IMG/VR virus record: IMGVR_UViG_3300014205_000173
Direction: 5' to 3' (one strand)
DNA: 64,000 nt
DNA from: a virus
Taxonomy: Duplodnaviria > Caudoviricetes
In this document: one piece after another, positions 17,717-27,700 of the stretch
Position numbering within the stretch: the first letter of the stretch is position 1
Layout of the letters: every line of letters starts with the position of its first letter
Program-made: the position numbers and the translations under genes
Notes under the pieces: model-generated
What the model saw: the letters and a program-made list of their open reading frames with translations, nothing else
Database searches by the model: none
Told to the model about the DNA's origin: nothing

Positions 17717-18538
17717 CTATAGTCCTATTGACTCGTAATCTAAACCATAATGACTGTTAAGTGGATATCTTATTTTGGCACCTATCCTAGACCTCACCCA
17801 CGCCCCTCCCTCCATACTTTTTTGCTTCATTTCGCCACTCCATTTTTCATGAAAATAAATATTGTTTTTTGAAATTTCTGGATTTTTTACAATATTTTGA
17901 GTTGCACTAAAAGTATGATAAACCAAACCACAAGATATTTTTCTACACGAAACAACTCTTCCAACATTTAACTGATTATAAAAATCATGATCTTCATATA
18001 GTGGCTTCCTAAACTTTTCATCAAATCTAAAGTTATTAAAAACATTCCCTTTCATACAGAAAAAATAAAAACAAAAAGAATCGCCGATATTATCTTCCCA
18101 CATAATTTTTGCTTTATTGTAAATTTCATTAAGTCTTTCTTGACTCATAAGCTCTTTTACGGAATTCGAAGGAATATTTATACATTCTGGTGAAACAATA
18201 GAAATATCACTATTCTCTTCCAAAAAATTAACACAATTATCTATTGTATTTTCCGAAACAATTAAATCGTTCTGTGTTAAAATAACATAATCACATTTAT
18301 TTTTCTTACACTCATCAATACCTTGATTCCAAGCAATAGCACAAGATAAATTTTCAGAATTCTTTATAACTTTTATATTTCTATATTTTTTTAGATTTTC
18401 ATATGAACCATCATTGCTATTGTTGTCAACTACAACAACAAAAACTTCATTCTTACTATTATTTTTAAATATGGAATCCAAACACCTTTCCGTATATTTC
18501 CAATTATTATATATGGCAAATGTTATTCCTATTTTCAT
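17717..18538 (-). CDS. GT2 glycosyltransferase
   Basis: YNNWKYT..CLDS, VVDNNSNDGS, AWNQG, QND, FDE.F..YEDHD. Confidence 0.9.
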   Translation of the reverse strand: MKIGITFAIYNNWKYTERCLDSIFKNNSKNEVFVVVVDNNSNDGSYENLKKYRNIKVIKNSENLSCAIAWNQGIDECKKNKCDYVILTQNDLIVSENTIDNCVNFLEENSDISIVSPECINIPSNSVKELMSQERLNEIYNKAKIMWEDNIGDSFCFYFFCMKGNVFNNFRFDEKFRKPLYEDHDFYNQLNVGRVVSCRKISCGLVYHTFSATQNIVKNPEISKNNIYFHEKWSGEMKQKSMEGGAWVRSRIGAKIRYPLNSHYGLDYESIGL

Positions 18539-19153
18539 TTAAATTTTTCTACCTTTCACACAAAGACTATAGTTACATAAAGATGTGTCTGACACAGTAT
18601 TAACATACCTTTCTACATCAACTATCCCCTGTTCCTCTAATAAGCTTTTTAAAAAAGAATAGTTAAAAAAAGCTTTATGATGACCATTTAGATATAAAAG
18701 TTGAAAAAGCGCCATTTCCTTAATTTTAAAAGGCTCTTTCTCTGGAGTATCCCACCATAATCCTCTATCATTTTTTGTCTCTTCCCACCACTGATCCCAT
18801 TCACCAGTTTTGTCATAATATCTACCTACTATTTGATCAAAATCAGGAACTACAATATCAATAGTTCCACCACTACTCAGAATTCTTGTCCATTCTTTTA
18901 GAATAGACCTTGTTTTTGAAATACAAAAATGTTCTAAGGCATGAGAAGATCTAACATAAATAAAAGAACCACTAGGAATATCTTTTAAATTAGTTACATC
19001 CATATATACGTCTGGAGTTCTATATGTAACCTCTTCACTTACTTTCTTTGAAACAATATTATCTAAATGCCCGGGAGGCCAATCTATATTTAAAAATCCA
19101 TTTAAAGACATACTTCCACTAGCTAGATTAACTTTATCAAATCCCTTGTACAT
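18539..19153 (-). CDS. Class I SAM-dependent methyltransferase (Methyltransf_11-like)
   Basis: VNLASG..GFLNID, SHALEHF, WTRILSSGGTIDIVVPD. Confidence 0.85.
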   Translation of the reverse strand: MYKGFDKVNLASGSMSLNGFLNIDWPPGHLDNIVSKKVSEEVTYRTPDVYMDVTNLKDIPSGSFIYVRSSHALEHFCISKTRSILKEWTRILSSGGTIDIVVPDFDQIVGRYYDKTGEWDQWWEETKNDRGLWWDTPEKEPFKIKEMALFQLLYLNGHHKAFFNYSFLKSLLEEQGIVDVERYVNTVSDTSLCNYSLCVKGRKI

Positions 19154-20141
19154 TGTAAGTTCCTTTTAAGTTTTCTATAATTATTTTTGCCCAACTATCC
19201 CAGCTTAAACTTCTTAATGCAAAATCTTTTCCATTTCTTCTTACGACATCATATTTTTCTTTATTATTTAATATTTCTATAATTTGACCCTTTAAACTTT
19301 CAACTGAACTTAAATCAAAAATCACACATTTATTTTCTCCCAAAACTTTTTTTATTCCGTTTACATCATCAACCATTAAAAGACCACCACTTCCAAGTAT
19401 TTGTGCAACTCTTTCATTTATATATTTATATCCATCTGGTCTAATGTGTGTACATATATTTATTTTACTATTACTAAAAACCTTCCTACTTTCATTAAAA
19501 TTTATCCACCCCTTATAATTATTTGGATAATGATTTCCCAATTCTTTTGTTCCGTATATCCTTATATCTAAATTTGGAAAGTTTCCAATAATTGTATCCA
19601 TTAAAATTTTTCTTGATAAATGATGATGTCTTGTAATAGAAGCTCCGTGATAAAGATTCGTACAAACCAAACTTATATCACATATATATTCTTCGCTCTC
19701 TTCAAAGTAATGTACAGAAGGATCAAATCCCGGCGGACAATAAATAGCTCTTCCAAAACCACTATCTAAGTAATCGTTAATGCTTCCTTCGCAACAAGTA
19801 AAAACGGTATCAAAAATTTTTGACTTATTCTTTATATTGTTTATTTTATCCTCAAACTGATTAGGATCATCCCAAGAATAAAGTATAAATGGCTTTTTAA
19901 AATTATCCTTTATGTAAGAAAGATTTGCTTCACTTAAAGTTTCCGATCTCCACCACAATACAATATCAGGATCTTGTTTTTTTAAATCATTTAAAATCAT
20001 ACTTACTTGTGTTTTTGGAAATTCTGAAAAATAATAATGCGCAGGAATAAAATCTACTTGAACACCGTTTCTTTTTAGCGCATTTGCCGCACCCAAATAT
20101 CCATCAGCAAGGTTATATGAGCCAACTAAAGTTATCTTCAT
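19137..20141 (-). CDS. CgeB-like (Glyco_trans_1_2) glycosyltransferase
   Basis: WDDP, GFDPSVH, SKINIC, NERVAQILGSGGLL motifs. Confidence 0.85.
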   Translation of the reverse strand: MKITLVGSYNLADGYLGAANALKRNGVQVDFIPAHYYFSEFPKTQVSMILNDLKKQDPDIVLWWRSETLSEANLSYIKDNFKKPFILYSWDDPNQFEDKINNIKNKSKIFDTVFTCCEGSINDYLDSGFGRAIYCPPGFDPSVHYFEESEEYICDISLVCTNLYHGASITRHHHLSRKILMDTIIGNFPNLDIRIYGTKELGNHYPNNYKGWINFNESRKVFSNSKINICTHIRPDGYKYINERVAQILGSGGLLMVDDVNGIKKVLGENKCVIFDLSSVESLKGQIIEILNNKEKYDVVRRNGKDFALRSLSWDSWAKIIIENLKGTYNVQGI

Positions 20142-20147
20142 TAAGAA

Positions 20148-21146
20148 CTATCCTATCACATTTTTTATATTGTTTTCTAAAATACTTTTATTTTTTTTTG
20201 AAAACTCCACAATAACTTCACGACAATTTTTTGACATTTTTATATAAAATTCCTTATCGTTACATAACTTTCCAATTATTCTTGAAATTTCAAAAATATT
20301 TTGATGATCATCAACAACCAGTTGACTTATCCTGCTGTCGGAAGAATATGGAACTACTTTAGAAAGTATTGTTGGAATCCCATAATACATATGTTCAGCC
20401 GCTACATAATTAAAACTTTCAGAAAGAGAAACTTGCATACAAAAATCAGATTCTTGAATTTTTTTAAGGTATTCTTGCCTATTCATCCAATCAAAATTTT
20501 CAAAATTACTTAAAATCCTACTAGCAGCATCTATATATTGTGAATTGTTAGAGGAATTTTTATAGTTTATATGAAGTTTTGCTTTATCCTTATGATGAGA
20601 TAAAGCAATCATTTGTGCTAAAATATTTTTTCTAGCACAAGGAGCACAAAACATATCTACAATGAATTTTTCATTATTTTTTTTATTTTCAATCTTATTT
20701 AATTTTAAGTCTTGATCATCCATATACACTGGAAAATATATAACTTTTTTATTTAAAATTTTAAGTGATTCATAATCAGTTTCTAATGGTATTGCCAAAA
20801 AATCAATTTGACCAGTCTCCAAACAATTCCATACATCAAAAAATCTGTTAGTTTCTCCGCTTAATTCTATCTGAGTTACAGGAGAACACCACATTAAAAT
20901 TACCTTTGTTTTTTCTAATGTGTTTTGAACCAAAGTTTTAATCCTGCTATCCCACCCGCCAACAAAAAGATAGTCAGGAGGATCTGACTTTAATTCTTTA
21001 ATTGAAGTAAAAGATATATTTTGTGTATCGAAATTTCTTACAACAATATTTGCCTCTGGATATTGCTCTTGAACAACACTCTTAATGCTATCCAAACAAG
21101 TAACTACTCCCGGCCAAAAATTAAAAGTTGAAAAAACAATTTTCAC
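20148..21146 (-). CDS. GT4-like glycosyltransferase
   Basis: RKNIL and QVSLSESFNYVAAE (Ex7E); start moved to GTG 21146 (AGGAG SD, TAGTG overlap with the upstream stop). Confidence 0.78.
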   Translation of the reverse strand: MKIVFSTFNFWPGVVTCLDSIKSVVQEQYPEANIVVRNFDTQNISFTSIKELKSDPPDYLFVGGWDSRIKTLVQNTLEKTKVILMWCSPVTQIELSGETNRFFDVWNCLETGQIDFLAIPLETDYESLKILNKKVIYFPVYMDDQDLKLNKIENKKNNEKFIVDMFCAPCARKNILAQMIALSHHKDKAKLHINYKNSSNNSQYIDAASRILSNFENFDWMNRQEYLKKIQESDFCMQVSLSESFNYVAAEHMYYGIPTILSKVVPYSSDSRISQLVVDDHQNIFEISRIIGKLCNDKEFYIKMSKNCREVIVEFSKKNKSILENNIKNVIG

Positions 21147-22263
21147 TAGCAATCTCCTAAACAATTACTTATTAGTTTATTAAACTTTTCCATCTCTATT
21201 TCAGGAAGATATTTTTTAGAAACCTCTAAGCCTTGTTCTGAAATTTGTTTATAAAATCCACTATCCTGATTTAACATATTAATTGCGCTTTCCCATCCAT
21301 CTATATCATCTATAGGCAAATTAAAACCACCACCACCAATTAAGTACGGTAAATTCCCATAATTTGAGGCCAATACTGGGATTCCGTTAAACATAGCCTC
21401 CAGAGCAACCATGCTAAACGTCTCATCAACTCTAGATGGAATTAATAAAATTTTAGTTTTAGAGTAAATCTCTGAAACATTGTCATTAGAACTAACTAAT
21501 GTTACGTTTTTCAATAGACTTAATTCTCTATTTATAATTGCGTTTGGATGATGCTGTTCATTTCCTTTGCCGACACAAATAAATTTTAAATTAGGAAGTT
21601 TTTTTGCTATTTTTATAAAAATATCTCCTCCCTTACCCTCATCGGGATTAATTAAAGTAATATATTCTTGTTTTTTTTCTTTTGCAATAATTCTACCTAA
21701 GTCTACTATAGGATGAATAATATTTTCACATTCAATTCCAGTATATTTTTTTAAAGCAATTTTCATAAACTTAGAATTTACATAAAGCTGATCCGCTTCA
21801 GAATAACATTTAGATGCTTCTTTTAAAAGTTTAACAGACGTAATTTCTCTTGTTAACATATTTACAAAGTTAGAATCAACCTCACAAATATTTCTCCAAA
21901 AATGAACACCTATAATGGTTTTTGCATTATTCTTTTTTGCTGCCCTTATAATTCTTAAAGAATCAAACGATTGAGTTATAACAATATCTGGTTTTGTTTT
22001 TTCAATAAATTTTTCAATAAAATCACCTTCCGGTTTTAATCTAAAAACAGGAATCCCATCCCATTCAACATATTCATCTTTTTTAAAGAAAACATCATTG
22101 GGATTACAGTAACATGCCGAATAAACAAAAAAACCTTTTTCTTTTAAATTCTTTAAAACTGATAGATGAAAAAACTCACCCCCACCTAAAGCCGGAAAAT
22201 AAAAAAAAATTTACCAAGAAATAAAATTTTCTTAGCTGATTTCTCAGTACTTTTTATAGTCAT
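21146..22263 (-). CDS. GT4 glycosyltransferase interrupted by a frameshift in a T9 tract near its 5' end (about 372 aa if restored)
   Basis: ATG 22263 gives MTIKSTEKSAKKILFLGKFFF, then stops four codons later; the -1 frame continues YFPALGGGEF... without a stop into the track ORF 21146..21859 (ETFSMVALEAM). Confidence 0.82.
22201..22209 (-). repeat. Poly-T9 homopolymer at the GT4 frameshift site
   Basis: A9 on the plus strand; T7 or T10 would restore the frame. Confidence 0.8.
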
Positions 22264-22299
22264 ATTATATGTTAGTCTCCTAAAAGTCCTAATTTCATT

Positions 22300-23478
22300 T
22301 TAGTTCCAATTAACTCCAAAAAAACCTTTAAACATATCATTAAAATTGCTATTTACACTTTCTATATTGGCTTTTTCGTTTATTCCAAACTCTTCTTTTA
22401 AGATTTTTATTCCGTTTTTTGGATCATAAGATCTTTTGTAAGAAGACACAATGCTTTCATTTATTATCAAATCTTTTGCCTTATAAATAGCATCATTCCA
22501 ATCCCAAATATCGCAACTTTCAACGATAAAACCAGTAATTCCCGGAATAATCAAATTAGGTAAGTTTCCTTTACGACTTCCAACAACAGGTGTTCCTGAA
22601 AGAATAGCTTCACATGCAACCAAACTAAATGTTTCGTCCATAAAAGTAGGGATTATAACAACATCAGATTCTTTATAAAGCTTTGACATTTCTTCTCTAG
22701 AACTTTTACCTAACAATCTTACATTTGAGCACCCGGAAAAGAAAGATTTATCTACTTCTTTTGTATCTACTACTATAAATTCAAAATTTCCCATTTGCTG
22801 AATGAGGTTAAAAACAATATTTCTTCCTTTTGTAAAATTAGAATTTACAGTAAGAATTCTATTTCTTATAACCCGATCTGTTTTTTCAAAAAACTTAAAA
22901 TTATTAACGTCAACAAACGGATATAATAAATCCAACTTATTGTTTTTAATTAAACTTGGAAAAAATCTCTCAAATATAGATTTAGTAAAGGTAGAGTTGC
23001 AGAAAATCTTCTTACAAGAACTATATTTTTCTAAAGACCTTTTAAGCCCCATCCCATTGGGGCATTCATTTCCGAATTCACAATTTATAAGGCTATTATA
23101 TCTACATTTATCTGTTAAATGTAGTTGGCAAATATCTTCAAATAGTCCATGTGCAAAATAATAACAAGGAATTCCGTATTTTGCTGCAATAGAAACTACA
23201 GGATCTGACCATAAAAGTTGTGTTCCAATAAAATCTGGTTGATTTGAATTTATATAGCTTAAAACGCACTTTTCAATAGACTCTGCACTTTGTATTATTT
23301 TTACACCATTTTTTATTAAAACATTTGTTCTAGTAAATTTTTTACCACTTTCATCTAAAAAGCAAAAGACATTTATGTTAATAAAAGAAGATAATTCTTC
23401 AAAATATTGCTGCATTGAACGTTCTGCTCCACCAATAGGTGGAGTGAAGTGCAAACAAAAAAACCCAAAATTTTTCAT
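22300..23478 (-). CDS. GT4 glycosyltransferase
   Basis: PPIGGAERS, KGR, ETFSLVACEAILSGTPVV; ATG 23478 overlaps the upstream TAA. Confidence 0.9.
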   Translation of the reverse strand: MKNFGFFCLHFTPPIGGAERSMQQYFEELSSFININVFCFLDESGKKFTRTNVLIKNGVKIIQSAESIEKCVLSYINSNQPDFIGTQLLWSDPVVSIAAKYGIPCYYFAHGLFEDICQLHLTDKCRYNSLINCEFGNECPNGMGLKRSLEKYSSCKKIFCNSTFTKSIFERFFPSLIKNNKLDLLYPFVDVNNFKFFEKTDRVIRNRILTVNSNFTKGRNIVFNLIQQMGNFEFIVVDTKEVDKSFFSGCSNVRLLGKSSREEMSKLYKESDVVIIPTFMDETFSLVACEAILSGTPVVGSRKGNLPNLIIPGITGFIVESCDIWDWNDAIYKAKDLIINESIVSSYKRSYDPKNGIKILKEEFGINEKANIESVNSNFNDMFKGFFGVNWN

Positions 23479-24779
23479 TAACAAATCTCTTTTAATATTT
23501 TTTCAGCTTTATCTATACATTTACTCCAAGTGTACTTTTCCTGTATTAAATTTTTCATATTTTTATTTTTTTCAATAGCAACGCCATAATTCTCCATAAT
23601 ATCTCGCATATACCCCCTAACAGCATCAATTGTTTTTTTACCAAATCTAGGAAATTTTTGTCCAAAAAAATCTCTAGTTATCCATCCCTGCCACTCTGGA
23701 ATATCATTACAAACGACCCACTCATCAACACTAATTGGATATGAATTTTTACTATCTATATAATCAGTAAATCCAGTGTGAAATGGAGCAACTAATGGCA
23801 GCCCCATTTGACTAGCTTCAAGTGCAGGAAGACAGTATCCTTCTCCTCTGCTTGTGCTAATAAAGACATCTCCAAGTTTATATAAACTTGGCATTAATTC
23901 TTGATCAACATAATCACTACACCAATATATTGGCGCATGATTCTTATTTCCCAATTCATTTAATATTCTTAAAATATCATTTTCTATTGCGTCTTTAAAT
24001 TTTTGTTCATGAGACATGGATGCATGACGACTAAAAATTACTAACGAAACATTGTCTTTTTTAGAGAATTCTTCTATGTAAGACTTTAACAAAACATCAA
24101 ATCCTTTTCTAAAACTCCATCTAAATACTGATAGAAATTTAAATCCTGTAGGTTGATCAGGAACCTCATTTAGTTGAGCAACTGATTGGTTTAAAAAAAC
24201 TTTAAAATTAAAACACATATTTTTAATTACATAACTTTCATCAAAATAAATATCATCGACACCTATAGGCATAACTTCTATTGGTAATTTCATACCATTT
24301 CTTAAAAAATCATTTTTATTATATTCCGTTGGTGTCCAGCAAAGATCATAGTAATGATTGCACCTTTCAATAAAAGGTTTGTTCGTATCTTTTGATTCCA
24401 TCATAGAATATATGATGTTCTTTTTAAATTTAGGAATATTCCAAAGAGGTAAATGTGCAACAACACTAATTTGATTTGGATTTAAATATGGAATTCCTTT
24501 ATGTTGACCTTTATTATCTTTTATAATAATTCTTTTACTATTTAAAAATTTTTTTTCTTCTTCAGAAATTTCACAACTACCCCTAATCGCTTCAAATCCA
24601 ACCCTCCAACCTCTATCTGTAAGTCCCCTTATGTAATTTCTAGACATTAAAGCATATCCACCATAATCAAAACCAGTTGAAGTCCATACCACTTGTGGAT
24701 TTTCAACCCCCGGATTTATAATTTCATATGGAATTTTTATATTCGGAATTCTAGGTCTTTCACAATCTAAACTTTGCAT
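23478..24779 (-). CDS. GT4 glycosyltransferase
   Basis: GGYALMSR, WTPT, FLSVFRWSFRKGFDVLL, SRGEGYCLPALEA, YTWSKC. Confidence 0.9.
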   Translation of the reverse strand: MQSLDCERPRIPNIKIPYEIINPGVENPQVVWTSTGFDYGGYALMSRNYIRGLTDRGWRVGFEAIRGSCEISEEEKKFLNSKRIIIKDNKGQHKGIPYLNPNQISVVAHLPLWNIPKFKKNIIYSMMESKDTNKPFIERCNHYYDLCWTPTEYNKNDFLRNGMKLPIEVMPIGVDDIYFDESYVIKNMCFNFKVFLNQSVAQLNEVPDQPTGFKFLSVFRWSFRKGFDVLLKSYIEEFSKKDNVSLVIFSRHASMSHEQKFKDAIENDILRILNELGNKNHAPIYWCSDYVDQELMPSLYKLGDVFISTSRGEGYCLPALEASQMGLPLVAPFHTGFTDYIDSKNSYPISVDEWVVCNDIPEWQGWITRDFFGQKFPRFGKKTIDAVRGYMRDIMENYGVAIEKNKNMKNLIQEKYTWSKCIDKAEKILKEIC

Positions 24780-24790
24780 AAAGTTCCTTT

Positions 24791-27700
24791 TTATAATAAA
24801 AACTCAGGAATCCAATTAAACCTAGAATAAAAAACATCTTCAGAAATATTACTTCCACTAGAATCTATATTCCTATAAATAGAATACCAATTTGTCTGGG
24901 AATTTTCTGAAACCTTAAACGGATGAAAAAAAACTTTTCCAGAAAGAGATGGTATGTTTTTTACCTGAGTTAAATCAAATTGTCTAAAAACCAACTTACT
25001 AACATCATTTGAATATAAGATACCTGTACCGGGATTATCTTGGCCAATATAAATTTTAGAATCAATTTGGTTCATATAGTTAAAAAACGCATAAAAATCA
25101 CCGCCATCTTGCTGAACAACACTTAACCATAGCCATCTAGAAGCATATGCGGGATGAGTTTCAAACCAAAAATCACTATTAAAAGCATCTTCCCTTATAT
25201 CTGATGGGAAAAAATTATTAGATTCAAACGATGATCGTCTTGGAGAATATGATTTAGGTAGTTCTTCAGAACTATTCGTAAAAGCAAATGTCAAAACATT
25301 AGATCCCGTAGTATCTAAATTATTAATATCTGAAAATCTATAACAAAAAAGTCCTAAAACCGGTTTTTTACTATTACTTTGACCGTAAAACCAACCTAAA
25401 TAATAAATTCTATGATCAGTATTTGAAATTTTTATATAATTTGGGCAATACGAATAATATATCGTTGTTCCGTTTGCAGTTCCTCCAAAAGTGTTTGGGA
25501 CTACATTTTTTTTGAAAAAGTTTCTTGTATCAAAACCGTCATCATTAGCATACATGATTCTTATATTTTCGCCACCAGACATTGAATTAGATTCTGATGT
25601 ATTAATTAATCCTAAAAACTCTTCTCTTTGATTTAACTCACGAACAGTGTCCGGCAAACTTGAAACGATTGTAGATTGTGACAAAAGATATTTATTATTT
25701 AACACATCTTTTTGTAATGGATATTTTCCTGAGTGTCCAGAGTAAAATAATTTATAATCAGCACCGTCTCTATAGATAAACGGATCTTTCACAACAAATG
25801 CATCTGGTATTAAAGAAGAAAAAATTGATGTTTTTTCTAAGGTGTATCCAAATCTAAAATTAGAAGAAGAAATATATTGCCACATAGTTCCAAAAAACCA
25901 GTCTCTATACTTCTTACTTCTTTCTGTTGGAATAATGTCTGATTCAGAGTTTAAAAACTTATATTTTTCGTCATAAAATCCTTGAACTGTATCTCCATTG
26001 AGATTTGATATTTTTGAATCATTTAACGATATAATATTCTCAGATTTATAATCATCTTCAGAACCAATTGTTTTCATGTAATGAGTACCATAGAAAATAT
26101 TGAAATCTGAATAGTTTGATACTCTAAATCCTGAAAATGAACATCTTTTGTCTGAAACCATTAGTGAAACATTGCTACTTTCAGGTGTTATGTACGGGGT
26201 TACTCTTGTATCTTTTGGTGTAAAACTGGGTCTTAAAGAAATTATATCAAAATGATTTAATGGGAAACCTTCTGAATTTTCTTTTAAAGGAGCGTTTGAA
26301 ACAATACCAAAATTGTTAGAGCTAGAGGCATCTTCAATAAGAGCTATTTTATATATTTTATTTTTTAAAGAATCCTCACTATTCCTTATTCCAGATTCCC
26401 TGCCGAAATCAATCCAAATAGGAGAACTCCATGCTACATGTCCATTAAATTGTGTGACTTTCAGGTAATATACATATTCTTTACCACTAACTCCTTGATT
26501 TGATATTTCTGTTTCAATAAAAGTAAGGTCTCCTGAATCACTACCAAAATCAACCTTATTTAACTGTGTTTCTGATGTTGAGAATGTATCTAAAATATTT
26601 TTAAAACTATTAAAGTTATCAACTTCAAGCTTAACTATTTGAAATCTACTAATATTAGAATTATCTCCAGCCGCTCTAAACTTAAAAGAAATAGATTTTA
26701 ATGGTGTTAAAGTTGTTGTGTCTGTTGACGTATCTTTAAATTGTTTTCCAATTCCAATTGGTATATCTCCATAAAATGCCTGAAACTCTAAATATATTCT
26801 TGCACCTGTTGTTGCATAGCAAGATCTGTTTTTCAACGCATTAAAAACATTTTCTCTAGATATATTAGAGGTTATTACTGCCGTTATACCTCTGTTGTTT
26901 CCTGAAGATATAGAAGGTAAAGTAACCTTACTTGATCTATCTCCAAGATAGTATCCTGGGCGAGAAGAATATCCACCAGAATTTGAAATAAACGCAAACT
27001 TTTTACCCATCTGAAGAGCATAATTAACATATTGTGAATTTTGACTTATAGAAAAATTTTCATTGACAAATTCTGTTTGATTCTGTATTCCTCCATGATC
27101 TGAAAAAATTTCAATAGCAGATTCTTTTATAGAAATAAAGTCACTTGAATCTGAAACAGGAGAATAAGACATTATTGTTCTGTAATTTTCAAAATCAAAT
27201 CCCCTAGAATTAAATATTGTACTAGACTGATCATTTTCATAAGCAGTATGAACTGGATAAGAAATTACATCATAGTCTCTTATGTCGGAAATCAATTGTT
27301 CGATCTGTGATTTTGCACTAGACAAGTCCTTGGGGCTTGTTGGCTTAGTGTCTGGAATATCATCAAAATTACCAAATAGCACAACTCTCTCACCGAAGTA
27401 ATCTTGCGATCTATGTCTAATTCCGGGTATTAAAATAATTTCATCAGTACTCTGATCTAAAGTTTCTTTTTTTATAAAATCCCATTCTTCTTGATCTATG
27501 CTGTCTATATCGTCAGAAGTTCCTAAAAAACTAATTTGAGAAATATTTTTTGAATAATTTTTAATAAACTCTATAGATTGTCTACCATCAGAATGTATTG
27601 TTGGTACATTAAAATCACCCCAATATATATTCGTTATAGATCCCATTGGTTGTACTTTTATTGGATTGCTCTTGTATTCAGAACCATTAAATTTCAATAA

